A stretch of DNA of 64,000 nucleotides from Bacteroidales bacterium. Its GTDB lineage: Bacteria > Bacteroidota > Bacteroidia > Bacteroidales > WCHB1-69. The stretch lies in assembly GCA_045132235.1 (NCBI GenBank), contig JBGURX010000052.1:17514-81513 (forward strand), in the 5' to 3' direction. The translations under genes were made by a program, and so were the position numbers. Positions 31,708 to 39,843 of this stretch are shown here, in pieces. The stretch's first letter is position 1, and each line of letters opens with the position of its first letter. The notes beneath the pieces were generated by a model. It saw nothing but the letters and a program-made list of their open reading frames with translations. It was not told the origin of the DNA and searched no databases.

Positions 31708-32763
31708 CTATTCCACAGTGGTTTCCGCATCCTCTTTTTTCAGCACTTCGGGGTTCTTCACCTTCACCGCCATGCCGTTGTTGAGCTTGGTCTGACCAGT
31801 GGTCACCACGAAAGCGCCGCTCTCCACACCGGAGGTGAGCTCGTAACGGTCGCCCATACGGCGGCCCAAGGTGACTTTCTGATAGGAAACCTTACCATCT
31901 TGATACACATATACATAGCGGTCGCCGGAGCCCTGCTGCTTGATGATGCACTTGTCGGGGATGACCACGTGCTGGGCGGTGCCGTAGTTCATGGTGACGT
32001 GGGCGTACATACCCGGACGCACTTTGCCGTTGGCATTCTGCAAAGTGATTTCCACAGGGAAGGTGTGGGTGCGGGTGTCGATGGTCGGGTAGAGCAATGT
32101 GACTTTTCCAGTAAAATCTTCATCTTCAAATACTTCGATTTTTACCTTGGCGGTCATGCCAAGTTTTACTTGCTTGTACTGGCTCTCCGACACGTTGATG
32201 AGAATCTTCACGGGCGAAATCTGCTGCACCTGCAGGATCGGGTTGCCGGCGTAGATGTCGCCGCTGTCGTAGTTGCGCATCGTCACCACACCGTTCAGCG
32301 GACTGGTGAGGGTGGTGTTCACGGTGGTGTTCTGGTAGTTGCTGCGGAGCACGTCCAGCTGTGCCTTCTGCGCATCCCACTCCGACTTGGAGATGCCGCC
32401 CGCCTTGTACAGCTCGTCAATGCGCTTGAACGAAATCTCCATATTGTCGAGCTGCGTCTTCAGGTTGGCCTCGTTGGTGGCGTCCATCGACACCAGCTTC
32501 TGGCCTTTCTTCACCATGTCACCCACCTCCACATAGATGGCGTCGATACGTCCGGCGATGGTGGGGGCGATGTTGTTGGTGGCTTCCGCCTGCACCACTG
32601 CGGTATATTCGTACAGCTGGTCCACATCCTGCGTGGTGACCTGTGCCAGCGTCACCTGCTGCACCTTCTCGACGGTTTGCGTCTCGGTCTCTTCTTTTTT
32701 GTTGCATCCGGCAGCCACGATGGCAATCACTGCCAGAATCATGAGTTTGTTGATGTTCTTCAT
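31708..32763 (-). CDS. Efflux transporter periplasmic adaptor subunit (membrane-fusion protein, lipoprotein)
   Basis: The ORF begins with GTG at 32787. I prefer the ATG at 32763 (MKNINKLMILAVIAIVAAGC lipobox). The layout is biotinyl-lipoyl/hairpin/beta-barrel (IAPTIAGRIDAIYVEVGDMVKKGQKL...LTSPLNGVVT) and the gene follows a TolC gene. Confidence 0.85.
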   Translation of the reverse strand: MKNINKLMILAVIAIVAAGCNKKEETETQTVEKVQQVTLAQVTTQDVDQLYEYTAVVQAEATNNIAPTIAGRIDAIYVEVGDMVKKGQKLVSMDATNEANLKTQLDNMEISFKRIDELYKAGGISKSEWDAQKAQLDVLRSNYQNTTVNTTLTSPLNGVVTMRNYDSGDIYAGNPILQVQQISPVKILINVSESQYKQVKLGMTAKVKIEVFEDEDFTGKVTLLYPTIDTRTHTFPVEITLQNANGKVRPGMYAHVTMNYGTAQHVVIPDKCIIKQQGSGDRYVYVYQDGKVSYQKVTLGRRMGDRYELTSGVESGAFVVTTGQTKLNNGMAVKVKNPEVLKKEDAETTVE

Positions 32764-32786
32764 ATTGTTGTAATGTCTTGTTTTCA

Positions 32787-34115
32787 CTAATTTTCTTGTC
32801 CCATCACGGCTTCCAGCTCGGTCTTGGCCGACAGGAAGTTGTATATGGACTGGTGGTACAGCAGCTGCGACTGTGTGAGGGCGAGTTCGGCCGAGTTGAG
32901 GTCCAGCCAGGTGGCCATTCCCACCTCAAACTGCTTCTGTACAATCTCGTAGGCCCGCTGTGCCTGCATCATCGTCTCCTTGTTGGAGGTCATGTCCGCC
33001 ATGGCGTTGCGGATGTTCGACAGGTTGTTGTTCACGCTCACCCGCAGGTTGTTCTCCACATACTTCCGCTGTTCCTCCAAGTTGGCGATGGCCAGACGGG
33101 TCTCTTTGATTTTGTAGGAGGTTCCAATCCATGAGGTGATGGGCACGTTCAGCGAAAGGCCGACCACCGCGTAAGGGAACCAGTTGTAGTTGGCGAAGTC
33201 GAAGTCGTTGGCCATGGTCATGTACTGCGCGTTTCCGCTGAAAGCCAAGGTGGGACAGGCCGATGCCTTGATGAGCTTGACGCTCATGTCGAGACTGTTC
33301 TTCGACAGGTCGAGCTGCTGGAGGTCGCTGTTGTTGGCTAACGAAACATTCTGTGCATCAGGGATTTGGTAATTAAGCATTTCATCCTCGAAATCAGAAA
33401 GCTGACCATCGAAGATGATGGGTTCGTTCACATCCACCCCGATGAGCACCTTCAGCATCATGGTGGCGAGGTTGACCGTGTTCTCGGCGGAGGTGAGCTG
33501 CGGCTTCTGGTTCTTCACCTGCACGTCGGCGCGCAGCTTGTCGAAGTCGGAGGCCAGACCCTGCTCGTATTTGTTGTTGATGTTCTGGGCCGTGTACTCC
33601 ACATTGGCGTAGTTGACCTGCAACACGCGGTAGGAGTCCTTGGCCAAAAGCAGCCCGTAGTAGGCTTTCTTCACCTCGTTGACTAACGAGATTTTGGAAG
33701 CCCTGGCATTCTCCATCGCGACTTCCACATCCAACTGCGACAGTTTCAGGTTGTACCAGGTGGGTGCCGCCACCAGAGGCAGCGAGAAGTTGATGCCGGC
33801 GGAGTAGTTGTTGCTCGTACCCACCTCAATGGTCATCGGATTGCCGCCCATTTCCATCGTCATCTTCTGCTTTTTCACCGTGCGCTGGTAGCTCCCGCTG
33901 GCCGCCACTGTCGGAAACAACGCGGCAATCTGCTCGTCCTTGCTGTATTTCTTCGACTCGATGTTGCGGTTCGCAATCTTGATGGTGGGGCTCTCGTTCA
34001 GCGCAATCTCAATGGCCTGCTGCAGGTTCACGTGCACCGAATCTTGTGCCGAAAGCACGAAGGGGAGGAAAAGGCATCCGAGAAACCAAAGGCTGCGTCT
34101 TACCATTCTATTCAT
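32787..34115 (-). CDS. TolC family outer-membrane efflux protein
   Basis: ORF 32787..34148. The ATG at 34115 (MNRMVRRSLWFLGCLFLPFVLSAQ) is preferred because a -7 box overlaps the upstream ATG. The sequence shows the two-repeat alpha/beta pattern typical of TolC/OprM (LQQAIEIALNESPTIK...). Confidence 0.8.
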   Translation of the reverse strand: MNRMVRRSLWFLGCLFLPFVLSAQDSVHVNLQQAIEIALNESPTIKIANRNIESKKYSKDEQIAALFPTVAASGSYQRTVKKQKMTMEMGGNPMTIEVGTSNNYSAGINFSLPLVAAPTWYNLKLSQLDVEVAMENARASKISLVNEVKKAYYGLLLAKDSYRVLQVNYANVEYTAQNINNKYEQGLASDFDKLRADVQVKNQKPQLTSAENTVNLATMMLKVLIGVDVNEPIIFDGQLSDFEDEMLNYQIPDAQNVSLANNSDLQQLDLSKNSLDMSVKLIKASACPTLAFSGNAQYMTMANDFDFANYNWFPYAVVGLSLNVPITSWIGTSYKIKETRLAIANLEEQRKYVENNLRVSVNNNLSNIRNAMADMTSNKETMMQAQRAYEIVQKQFEVGMATWLDLNSAELALTQSQLLYHQSIYNFLSAKTELEAVMGQEN

Positions 34116-34141
34116 GAGTTTTTCTGATTTTTTCTTTTTTA

Positions 34142-34149
34142 CAAACATA
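34142..34149 (-). promoter_or_regulatory. -7 promoter box (TATGTTTG on the minus strand) for the TolC/adaptor unit
   Basis: The plus strand reads CAAACATA, 27 nt upstream of the ATG at 34115. Confidence 0.45.
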
Positions 34150-34222
34150 CTTTAACGCACAAATCCCTAATTTCTTTTATGAATGGGAAGATTTTTATAA
34201 AATATTGGGAAAAGATACGTGT

Positions 34223-35149
34223 TTATTCGGTTGTGATGGATTGTTTTTTATGTAATGATTTATAAATTAGATAGATAAAAAAGATAAGGAAGAGAAGTGG
34301 GATGGCGGCGGAAAGGAGAGTGCTGAGCGTGAGCTGATCTTCGGTTACAGTATTGTTGACGAGAAGGATGTGTGCGATTATAATAGACAATGCATTATGC
34401 AAAAAGTGTGCCAGAATGGGCAGCCACAACGACCCGCTCCAAACCAGCAGGTATCCGAGATAAGCCCCTAACAGCCAGCGGGCCACGAAACCGTCAATCT
34501 GCAAATGTATAGCACTGAAAATGAAACCGGTAAGCCAAATTGCCACATGGCTGTTTTTGCACCAGCGCTGTAAAACCTGCTGCAACGACCCCCTGAAGAA
34601 AAACTCTTCGCACACCGCCGGCAGCAAGGCACATACCAACAGGTTGAGCAGTAACGTGCTGATATGGGGATCAGCGGTCATCATTTCCAATACTCTGTCG
34701 CTGGCCGCCTGTTTCTCATGCATCCACTCCTCAATCCCAGCCATAAACGAAGGCCACGGCATCAGTTTGCCGATTTCCACCAGCACGCCCGCCACTGGCA
34801 GGATGAACATCGCGGCTACAATGACGTAAACAATCGCCGGCACACTCCGTGGGAGCCTATCGGCATGGTTATAGACCCACCACCGCCGCTTCTGCAAGTA
34901 TGAGAACAACAGTGCAGGGACTAAAAATGTTCCTATCGCATTGAAAACCTGCAAAAAACGGATGTAATCCGCCGTCGGGTTCTCCACTTCCGTCCCCCAG
35001 ATTCCCATAGAGACAATCCATCCGCATAATGTGATGACAATGCCGCAGCCAAGGGTGAGCAGCACCATATATATAAGTTGTATCATGGGATGCTTGTCCT
35101 CCAAAAGGGGCTTGCGCAGCAGGGGAGCTTTCGGTTCGTTATCGTTCAT
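34223..35149 (-). CDS. CPBP family intramembrane glutamic endopeptidase (CAAX protease-like)
   Basis: Polytopic membrane protein with motif 1 EEFFFRGSLQ, motif 2 FSAIHLQ and motif 3 LAHFLHNA. Confidence 0.8.
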   Translation of the reverse strand: MNDNEPKAPLLRKPLLEDKHPMIQLIYMVLLTLGCGIVITLCGWIVSMGIWGTEVENPTADYIRFLQVFNAIGTFLVPALLFSYLQKRRWWVYNHADRLPRSVPAIVYVIVAAMFILPVAGVLVEIGKLMPWPSFMAGIEEWMHEKQAASDRVLEMMTADPHISTLLLNLLVCALLPAVCEEFFFRGSLQQVLQRWCKNSHVAIWLTGFIFSAIHLQIDGFVARWLLGAYLGYLLVWSGSLWLPILAHFLHNALSIIIAHILLVNNTVTEDQLTLSTLLSAAIPLLFLIFFIYLIYKSLHKKQSITTE

Positions 35150-37178
35150 AAATCAAAAATACGGTTCTACGGTTTTTAGCACGTCCTTCTTCGGTGTTGT
35201 TGGTGGCGATGGGTTTGCTTTCGCCATAGCCTTTATAGCGGATTCTGTTTTTTGGTATTCCTTTTTCAATCAAATAGTTATAAACCGACTGCGCACGCTT
35301 GTCGGAAAGAATCAGGTTGTCGTTGTCGTTGCCGATGTTGTCGGTATGTCCCTGTATCTCCGCCTTCACAGTGGGATTGTGTTCCAAAAAGTCAGCGAAA
35401 AGGTCGATGAGGCGCTTCGACTCGTCGGTCAGGGTATAGGAATTGGTGGCGAAGAAGATGTCGTGCAGGTCGCACACCTTGCCTACCTCGATGCGCTTCA
35501 CCTCGGCATCGGAAGTCAGCACCGGTGCGGGGTCGGGCTCCACGGTCACCAGCTTGGTGTCGTAGGCATAGCCATCCTGCTTGATGTTGACGATGAGGTT
35601 CTGCGGCTTCTCGTGGTTCACCTGCGCGGCCACCGCGTACTGTCCGGTGTTGGCATTGGCCGTGGTGGTGGCGATGATGTTCGACTCCTCGTCGCGCAGC
35701 TCCACCACCGCGCTCACCAGCTCGTTGTCGTCGGTGTTCACCGTGCCTTTCACAATCACCATGCTCTTGGGACGCGCCTCCTCGTACAGCTCAAATTTGT
35801 AAATGTTCCAGTCCTCCGAGTCGAGGTTGTTGGAAGAAAAATAGGCAGTTTTGCCGTCCAGACTCACAAAGAAATCCACATCGTCGTTCTCTGAGTTTAT
35901 GGGGTAGCCGATGTTGACGGGTTTGCTCCACTTGCCGTTCTCGTCGAGTTTCGAGTAGTAGATGTCCATGCCGCCAAGGCCGGGACGTGCATCGGAGACC
36001 GACGAGGAGAAGTAGAGGGTGCGGCTGTCGGTGTGCAGAAACGGTGACCGCTCGTTGCCTTTGGTGTTGATGACGGGGCCGAGGTTGACGGGCTCCTGCC
36101 AGTTGCCGTTGGCGTCGAGCTCGGTCATCCAGATGTCGGAACCACCATAGCCGCCCGGCCGGTCGGAGGCGAAAAAGAGAACGCTGCCGTCGGAGCTAAG
36201 CGTCGGCTGCGACTCCCACGAGTTCTCACGGTTCACCTTGTTGCCCAATGAGCGCGGATCCGACCACTCCAAGCCGTTCCATTTCGAGAAGAACAGGTCG
36301 TAGTTGGGGTACACGAAATCCTTGCCCTGCTCATCCTTGGTCCGCACCTCATGCACCATCGCGAAGATGAGCATGTCGTTGGCCAAGTTGATGGTGGGAC
36401 TGCCCTCGCCGCTCGATTCGTTGAAGGGGGAGGGCAGGGGACGGCCGGTCTCGTAGCCGCCGTCTCCGGTCTGCCGGCTGTAGGAGAAAAACTCCTTGTC
36501 GGCGGTCTCTTTGCCGAAGGCGGTCTGCTGCGTGTAGGGCTGCCGCCGCGTGAAGTAAAAGTACTCTCCGTCGGGCGAGATGGTGGCGAGGTACTCGTCG
36601 TTCTTCGTCGAGATGCCCGGCACCGGCTTCGGATCGAATGGTACCGGATTGTTGAGCAGCTGCGAGAAAACTTTCGACGACTTGATGATCTGCTCCGCAT
36701 GCGTCAGCTCCACATCGTCCTTCACAAGGTCGGGGTTGTCGAGCAGAATCTGCGCATGCTTGATGGCGTTGTTGAAGTCCTCGATCAGCCACGCCACGCG
36801 CGCCGCCAAGTAGTGCACCTCTATCTTGTACTCAGGGCATATCGCCGCCATGCGGTTGGCAGCTTCTATGCCTTTTCTCGCATCTCTTTCATTATCAACA
36901 ACAAAACCATTGATTTTAATGGGAAGAAAATAGCTTAACGCTAAATAATAGTTCACCTCAAGATGTTCGGGATAATCTTCCAGAATTTCATAATAGATGA
37001 CGTTGGCATCCGATTTTTTCCCCGATTTCTGCAACTCGCGGGCCTTCTGAAACTGCTTGACGACGGCTTTAGGGTAGCTTTGCACACAGGGATCTTCGTT
37101 GTCGTCCTCTTGGGCGTGCAGCGACAAGACCGCCGTGCAGAGCAGTATTCCGATGATGAATTTGAGGTGTCTTTTCAT
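35139..37178 (-). CDS. OmpA-family protein with TPR and TolB-like beta-propeller repeats
   Basis: ORF to 37199, trimmed to MKRHLKFIIGILLCTAVLSLHAQ. Has repeated WD40-like/TolB motifs (SPDGEYFYFT, SSDGSVLFFASDRPGGYGGSDIW, ERSPFLHTDSRTLYFSS). The C-terminal OmpA domain reads FATNSYTLTDES...IQGHTDNIGNDNDNLILSDKRAQSV...NRRTVF. Confidence 0.85.
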   Translation of the reverse strand: MKRHLKFIIGILLCTAVLSLHAQEDDNEDPCVQSYPKAVVKQFQKARELQKSGKKSDANVIYYEILEDYPEHLEVNYYLALSYFLPIKINGFVVDNERDARKGIEAANRMAAICPEYKIEVHYLAARVAWLIEDFNNAIKHAQILLDNPDLVKDDVELTHAEQIIKSSKVFSQLLNNPVPFDPKPVPGISTKNDEYLATISPDGEYFYFTRRQPYTQQTAFGKETADKEFFSYSRQTGDGGYETGRPLPSPFNESSGEGSPTINLANDMLIFAMVHEVRTKDEQGKDFVYPNYDLFFSKWNGLEWSDPRSLGNKVNRENSWESQPTLSSDGSVLFFASDRPGGYGGSDIWMTELDANGNWQEPVNLGPVINTKGNERSPFLHTDSRTLYFSSSVSDARPGLGGMDIYYSKLDENGKWSKPVNIGYPINSENDDVDFFVSLDGKTAYFSSNNLDSEDWNIYKFELYEEARPKSMVIVKGTVNTDDNELVSAVVELRDEESNIIATTTANANTGQYAVAAQVNHEKPQNLIVNIKQDGYAYDTKLVTVEPDPAPVLTSDAEVKRIEVGKVCDLHDIFFATNSYTLTDESKRLIDLFADFLEHNPTVKAEIQGHTDNIGNDNDNLILSDKRAQSVYNYLIEKGIPKNRIRYKGYGESKPIATNNTEEGRAKNRRTVFLIYER

Positions 37179-37206
37179 GGTGTTGTATTTGAAAATCAAT
37201 ATATTG

Positions 37207-37947
37207 CTATTTAGACTGGCCTTTGGTGAGGGTGTGGAACAGATCCTCGATGGAGGCGTTCTTCATGCCGCGCTTGGCGGCTTCCTCCCGCAGCGTTTGG
37301 AGGGTGGCATCCGCTACCACTTCGCCCTTGTTGATGATGATGGCGCGGCTGCACATGGCCTCCACCTCCTGCATGATGTGCGTGGAGAGCAGCACGGTCT
37401 TGGTCTTGCCGCACTCCTTGATGAGGTTGCGGATGCCGACCAGCTGGTTGGGGTCGAGGCCCGATGTCGGCTCGTCGAGAATCAGCACCTCGGGGTCGGA
37501 GATAAGTGCCTGCGCCAGTCCCACACGCTGCTTGTAGCCTTTCGACAGCTGCGCAATCTTCTTGTGCATTTCGGGACCGAGGCCGGTCATCTCCACTACC
37601 TCGTCCACACGCTTCTTGCGGTTTGAAAGCGGGATTTTGCGCATTCCTGCGATGAAGGTGAGGAACTCAGTGACGTACATATCCACATACAGGGGGTTGG
37701 CTTCCGATAGGTAGCCCACCTTCTTGCGCAGTTCCAGCGAGTCGTTCCAGATGTCGAGTCCGCACACGCTCACGTCGCCGCTGGTGGGCGGCTGGTAGCA
37801 GGTGATGATCTTCATCATGGTGGATTTACCCGCCCCGTTGGGACCGAGAAAACCGACCACTTCTCCCTTGCCGACCTCAAAGCTCACATCTTTTAAGGCC
37901 CACTGTTTGCCAAACTGCTTCGATACTTTGTTTACAATGATTGACAT
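37207..37947 (-). CDS. ABC transporter ATP-binding protein (ABC-2 / GldA-like subfamily, 246 aa)
   Basis: Walker A GPNGAGKST, signature LSKGYKQRVGLA, Walker B VLILDEPTSGLDP and H-loop STHIMQE. It is not the LptB-type sequence pattern. Confidence 0.85.
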   Translation of the reverse strand: MSIIVNKVSKQFGKQWALKDVSFEVGKGEVVGFLGPNGAGKSTMMKIITCYQPPTSGDVSVCGLDIWNDSLELRKKVGYLSEANPLYVDMYVTEFLTFIAGMRKIPLSNRKKRVDEVVEMTGLGPEMHKKIAQLSKGYKQRVGLAQALISDPEVLILDEPTSGLDPNQLVGIRNLIKECGKTKTVLLSTHIMQEVEAMCSRAIIINKGEVVADATLQTLREEAAKRGMKNASIEDLFHTLTKGQSK

Positions 37948-37971
37948 GATATTGGATTGATATTTTTTTTT

Positions 37972-39051
37972 CTATTTTGGAATGGTAAAAAGAAGGAAGG
38001 CACTGATGCCGAGATAGATGAGATTGGGTAGCCATACGGCCATCGCCGGCGACAGCGACTCCGACACCGCGAAGACCGTTGACACCTGTTGCAGAAAAAT
38101 GAAGGTGAACACGAAGAACATGCCGATGAAGATGTGCACTCCGATGCCGCGCTGCGTCTTCCGCGCCGCCACGCACAACCCCAATAAGGTCATCACGATG
38201 ATGGAGGCAGGGTTGGCCACCCTTCGGTGCTGCTCTATCTGGTAGCTCTTCACCAGCGTGGAGCCCTTTTCCTGCTCTTTCTTGATGAATTTCTTGAGCT
38301 TGCTGTAGCTCATGGTGCCGGCGGTCGATACGTCCGGACTGAAATCGGCGACCGTGAAGTTGAAGGTGGTGTCCATCTCAAGACCGGCCGTAAGGTGTTC
38401 TTCCCCTTTGGCATCGAAGGTGCGCAACCGGTAGTTGTACAGCCGCCATTTTGAGGTGCAGGTGTCGTACACGATGCGGTCGGCACTCAGCTTGTAGGGA
38501 ATATTTTCTTCACCGAAAATCTCGTAGGTGAACTTGTCGCCTGTCAGCGCTTTCTTGCGCCAGTTTTGCACATATACGTACGAGTCTTTGGTGTTCTTGA
38601 AATGAAAGTTGCGCTGTGTGATGGCACCCGCCACCATGTTGTGGGGCGCGTGGAAATATTCGTCCTTGAACTTGTTGAGCTTCGCATTGGAGGTGGGAAC
38701 CACAAAGTTGGAAAGGAAAAGTGAAAAGATACCCAGCAGGATGGCGCCCACAATGTAGGGCACGATGAAGCGGTAAAAGCTCACTCCGCCGTTGAAGAAG
38801 GAGATGATTTCGTTGCGCTCCGACAGCTTCGAGGTGAACCAGATGACCGAGATGAAGGTGAACAGCGGGAAAAACAAGGTGACAAAGTAGGGAATGAAGT
38901 TCATATAGTAGCCCGTGATGACATTCATCGCAGTGGTGTTGTTGAAATACTGCATGTTCTGCGAGATGTCGAACACGATGATGATGGTCATCAGCAGGGC
39001 GATAGCATAGAATACGGAACCGATGTACTTACGCAGAAGGTAAGTATCCAT
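37972..39051 (-). CDS. LptF/LptG (YjgP/YjgQ) family permease
   Basis: ORF to 39087. The ATG at 39051 gives MDTYLLRKYIGSVFYAIALLMTIIIVFD, the canonical LptF/G N-terminus. The layout is three TM helices, a periplasmic beta-jellyroll region, then three TM helices. Confidence 0.75.
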   Translation of the reverse strand: MDTYLLRKYIGSVFYAIALLMTIIIVFDISQNMQYFNNTTAMNVITGYYMNFIPYFVTLFFPLFTFISVIWFTSKLSERNEIISFFNGGVSFYRFIVPYIVGAILLGIFSLFLSNFVVPTSNAKLNKFKDEYFHAPHNMVAGAITQRNFHFKNTKDSYVYVQNWRKKALTGDKFTYEIFGEENIPYKLSADRIVYDTCTSKWRLYNYRLRTFDAKGEEHLTAGLEMDTTFNFTVADFSPDVSTAGTMSYSKLKKFIKKEQEKGSTLVKSYQIEQHRRVANPASIIVMTLLGLCVAARKTQRGIGVHIFIGMFFVFTFIFLQQVSTVFAVSESLSPAMAVWLPNLIYLGISAFLLFTIPK

Positions 39052-39102
39052 GATGGTCCATCTCCAAGTGTCCTTTCTGAAGTTCATCGCCGCTGTTTTC
39101 TT

Positions 39103-39822
39103 TTACTCTTTTCTTTTTTGGAAAATGGTTTTGAAATAGTTGAGGTGCCACAGTGCGTGGAAAAATGCAATGACCGTCATGGCAATGCCGAACCACACAT
39201 GGAGTTTCAACAAGGTGATGTAGCACTCGGGACGATAGCCGTGATGGATGAAGATGGCCAGCAGCAGTCCTAACAGACACGATACCAGGAAGGTGACCGA
39301 GAGGGCGACATTCCACACCTTGCGGTGCGTGACCTTTGTCCATTGGTTGGTCTTGACGAGAATGAACGAGATGAGATACATCAGCAGGGTGCCGCCGAGG
39401 ATGAGATAGACATGATAGGGAGAAGAGGGCTTGGCAGGGGCTTCTTCCTCGGGTTGCTGCGTGATAACACTCTGGTTGGCATCTGCTCCAACAGTTTCGG
39501 TTTCAGCTGTTTGTGCATCGACAGTGGTGTTCTCCTGTGCGGCAGGCTGCTTTGGGTCGGCAGATGCCGCCTTGGAGGTTGCGCTTTCCGTGCCGGCTCC
39601 CGTTTCCGGCTTCGGTGCCTTCGGCTGTTGCGGTGTCGTGGGTTCAGCTTTGGCCTCTGCCTTGGGCTGCGACAGCTTGCCGTGGTCACAGAATCCATCG
39701 CCATTGGCATCCACAAAACGCCCGCAAATGCCGGGACAGTCCACCTGCGGACAGTCCTGCTGAGCGGCGATTGTGCCACAAAGCATGATCAATGACAGGG
39801 TTATAAGGATTATTCTTTTCAT
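39103..39822 (-). CDS. Uncharacterised protein: signal peptide, Cys-rich motif, disordered linker, His-rich 3-TM C-terminus
   Basis: The N-terminus reads MKRIILITLSLIMLCGTIAAQQDCPQVDCPGICGRFVDANGDGFCDHG. An A/P/E/T/Q-rich linker of about 110 aa follows. Three hydrophobic helices then carry HRKVWN, HHGYRPE and HVWFGIAMTVIAFFHALWH. Confidence 0.5.
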   Translation of the reverse strand: MKRIILITLSLIMLCGTIAAQQDCPQVDCPGICGRFVDANGDGFCDHGKLSQPKAEAKAEPTTPQQPKAPKPETGAGTESATSKAASADPKQPAAQENTTVDAQTAETETVGADANQSVITQQPEEEAPAKPSSPYHVYLILGGTLLMYLISFILVKTNQWTKVTHRKVWNVALSVTFLVSCLLGLLLAIFIHHGYRPECYITLLKLHVWFGIAMTVIAFFHALWHLNYFKTIFQKRKE

Positions 39823-39843
39823 TTTGGTGAATTAAAAGAATGA

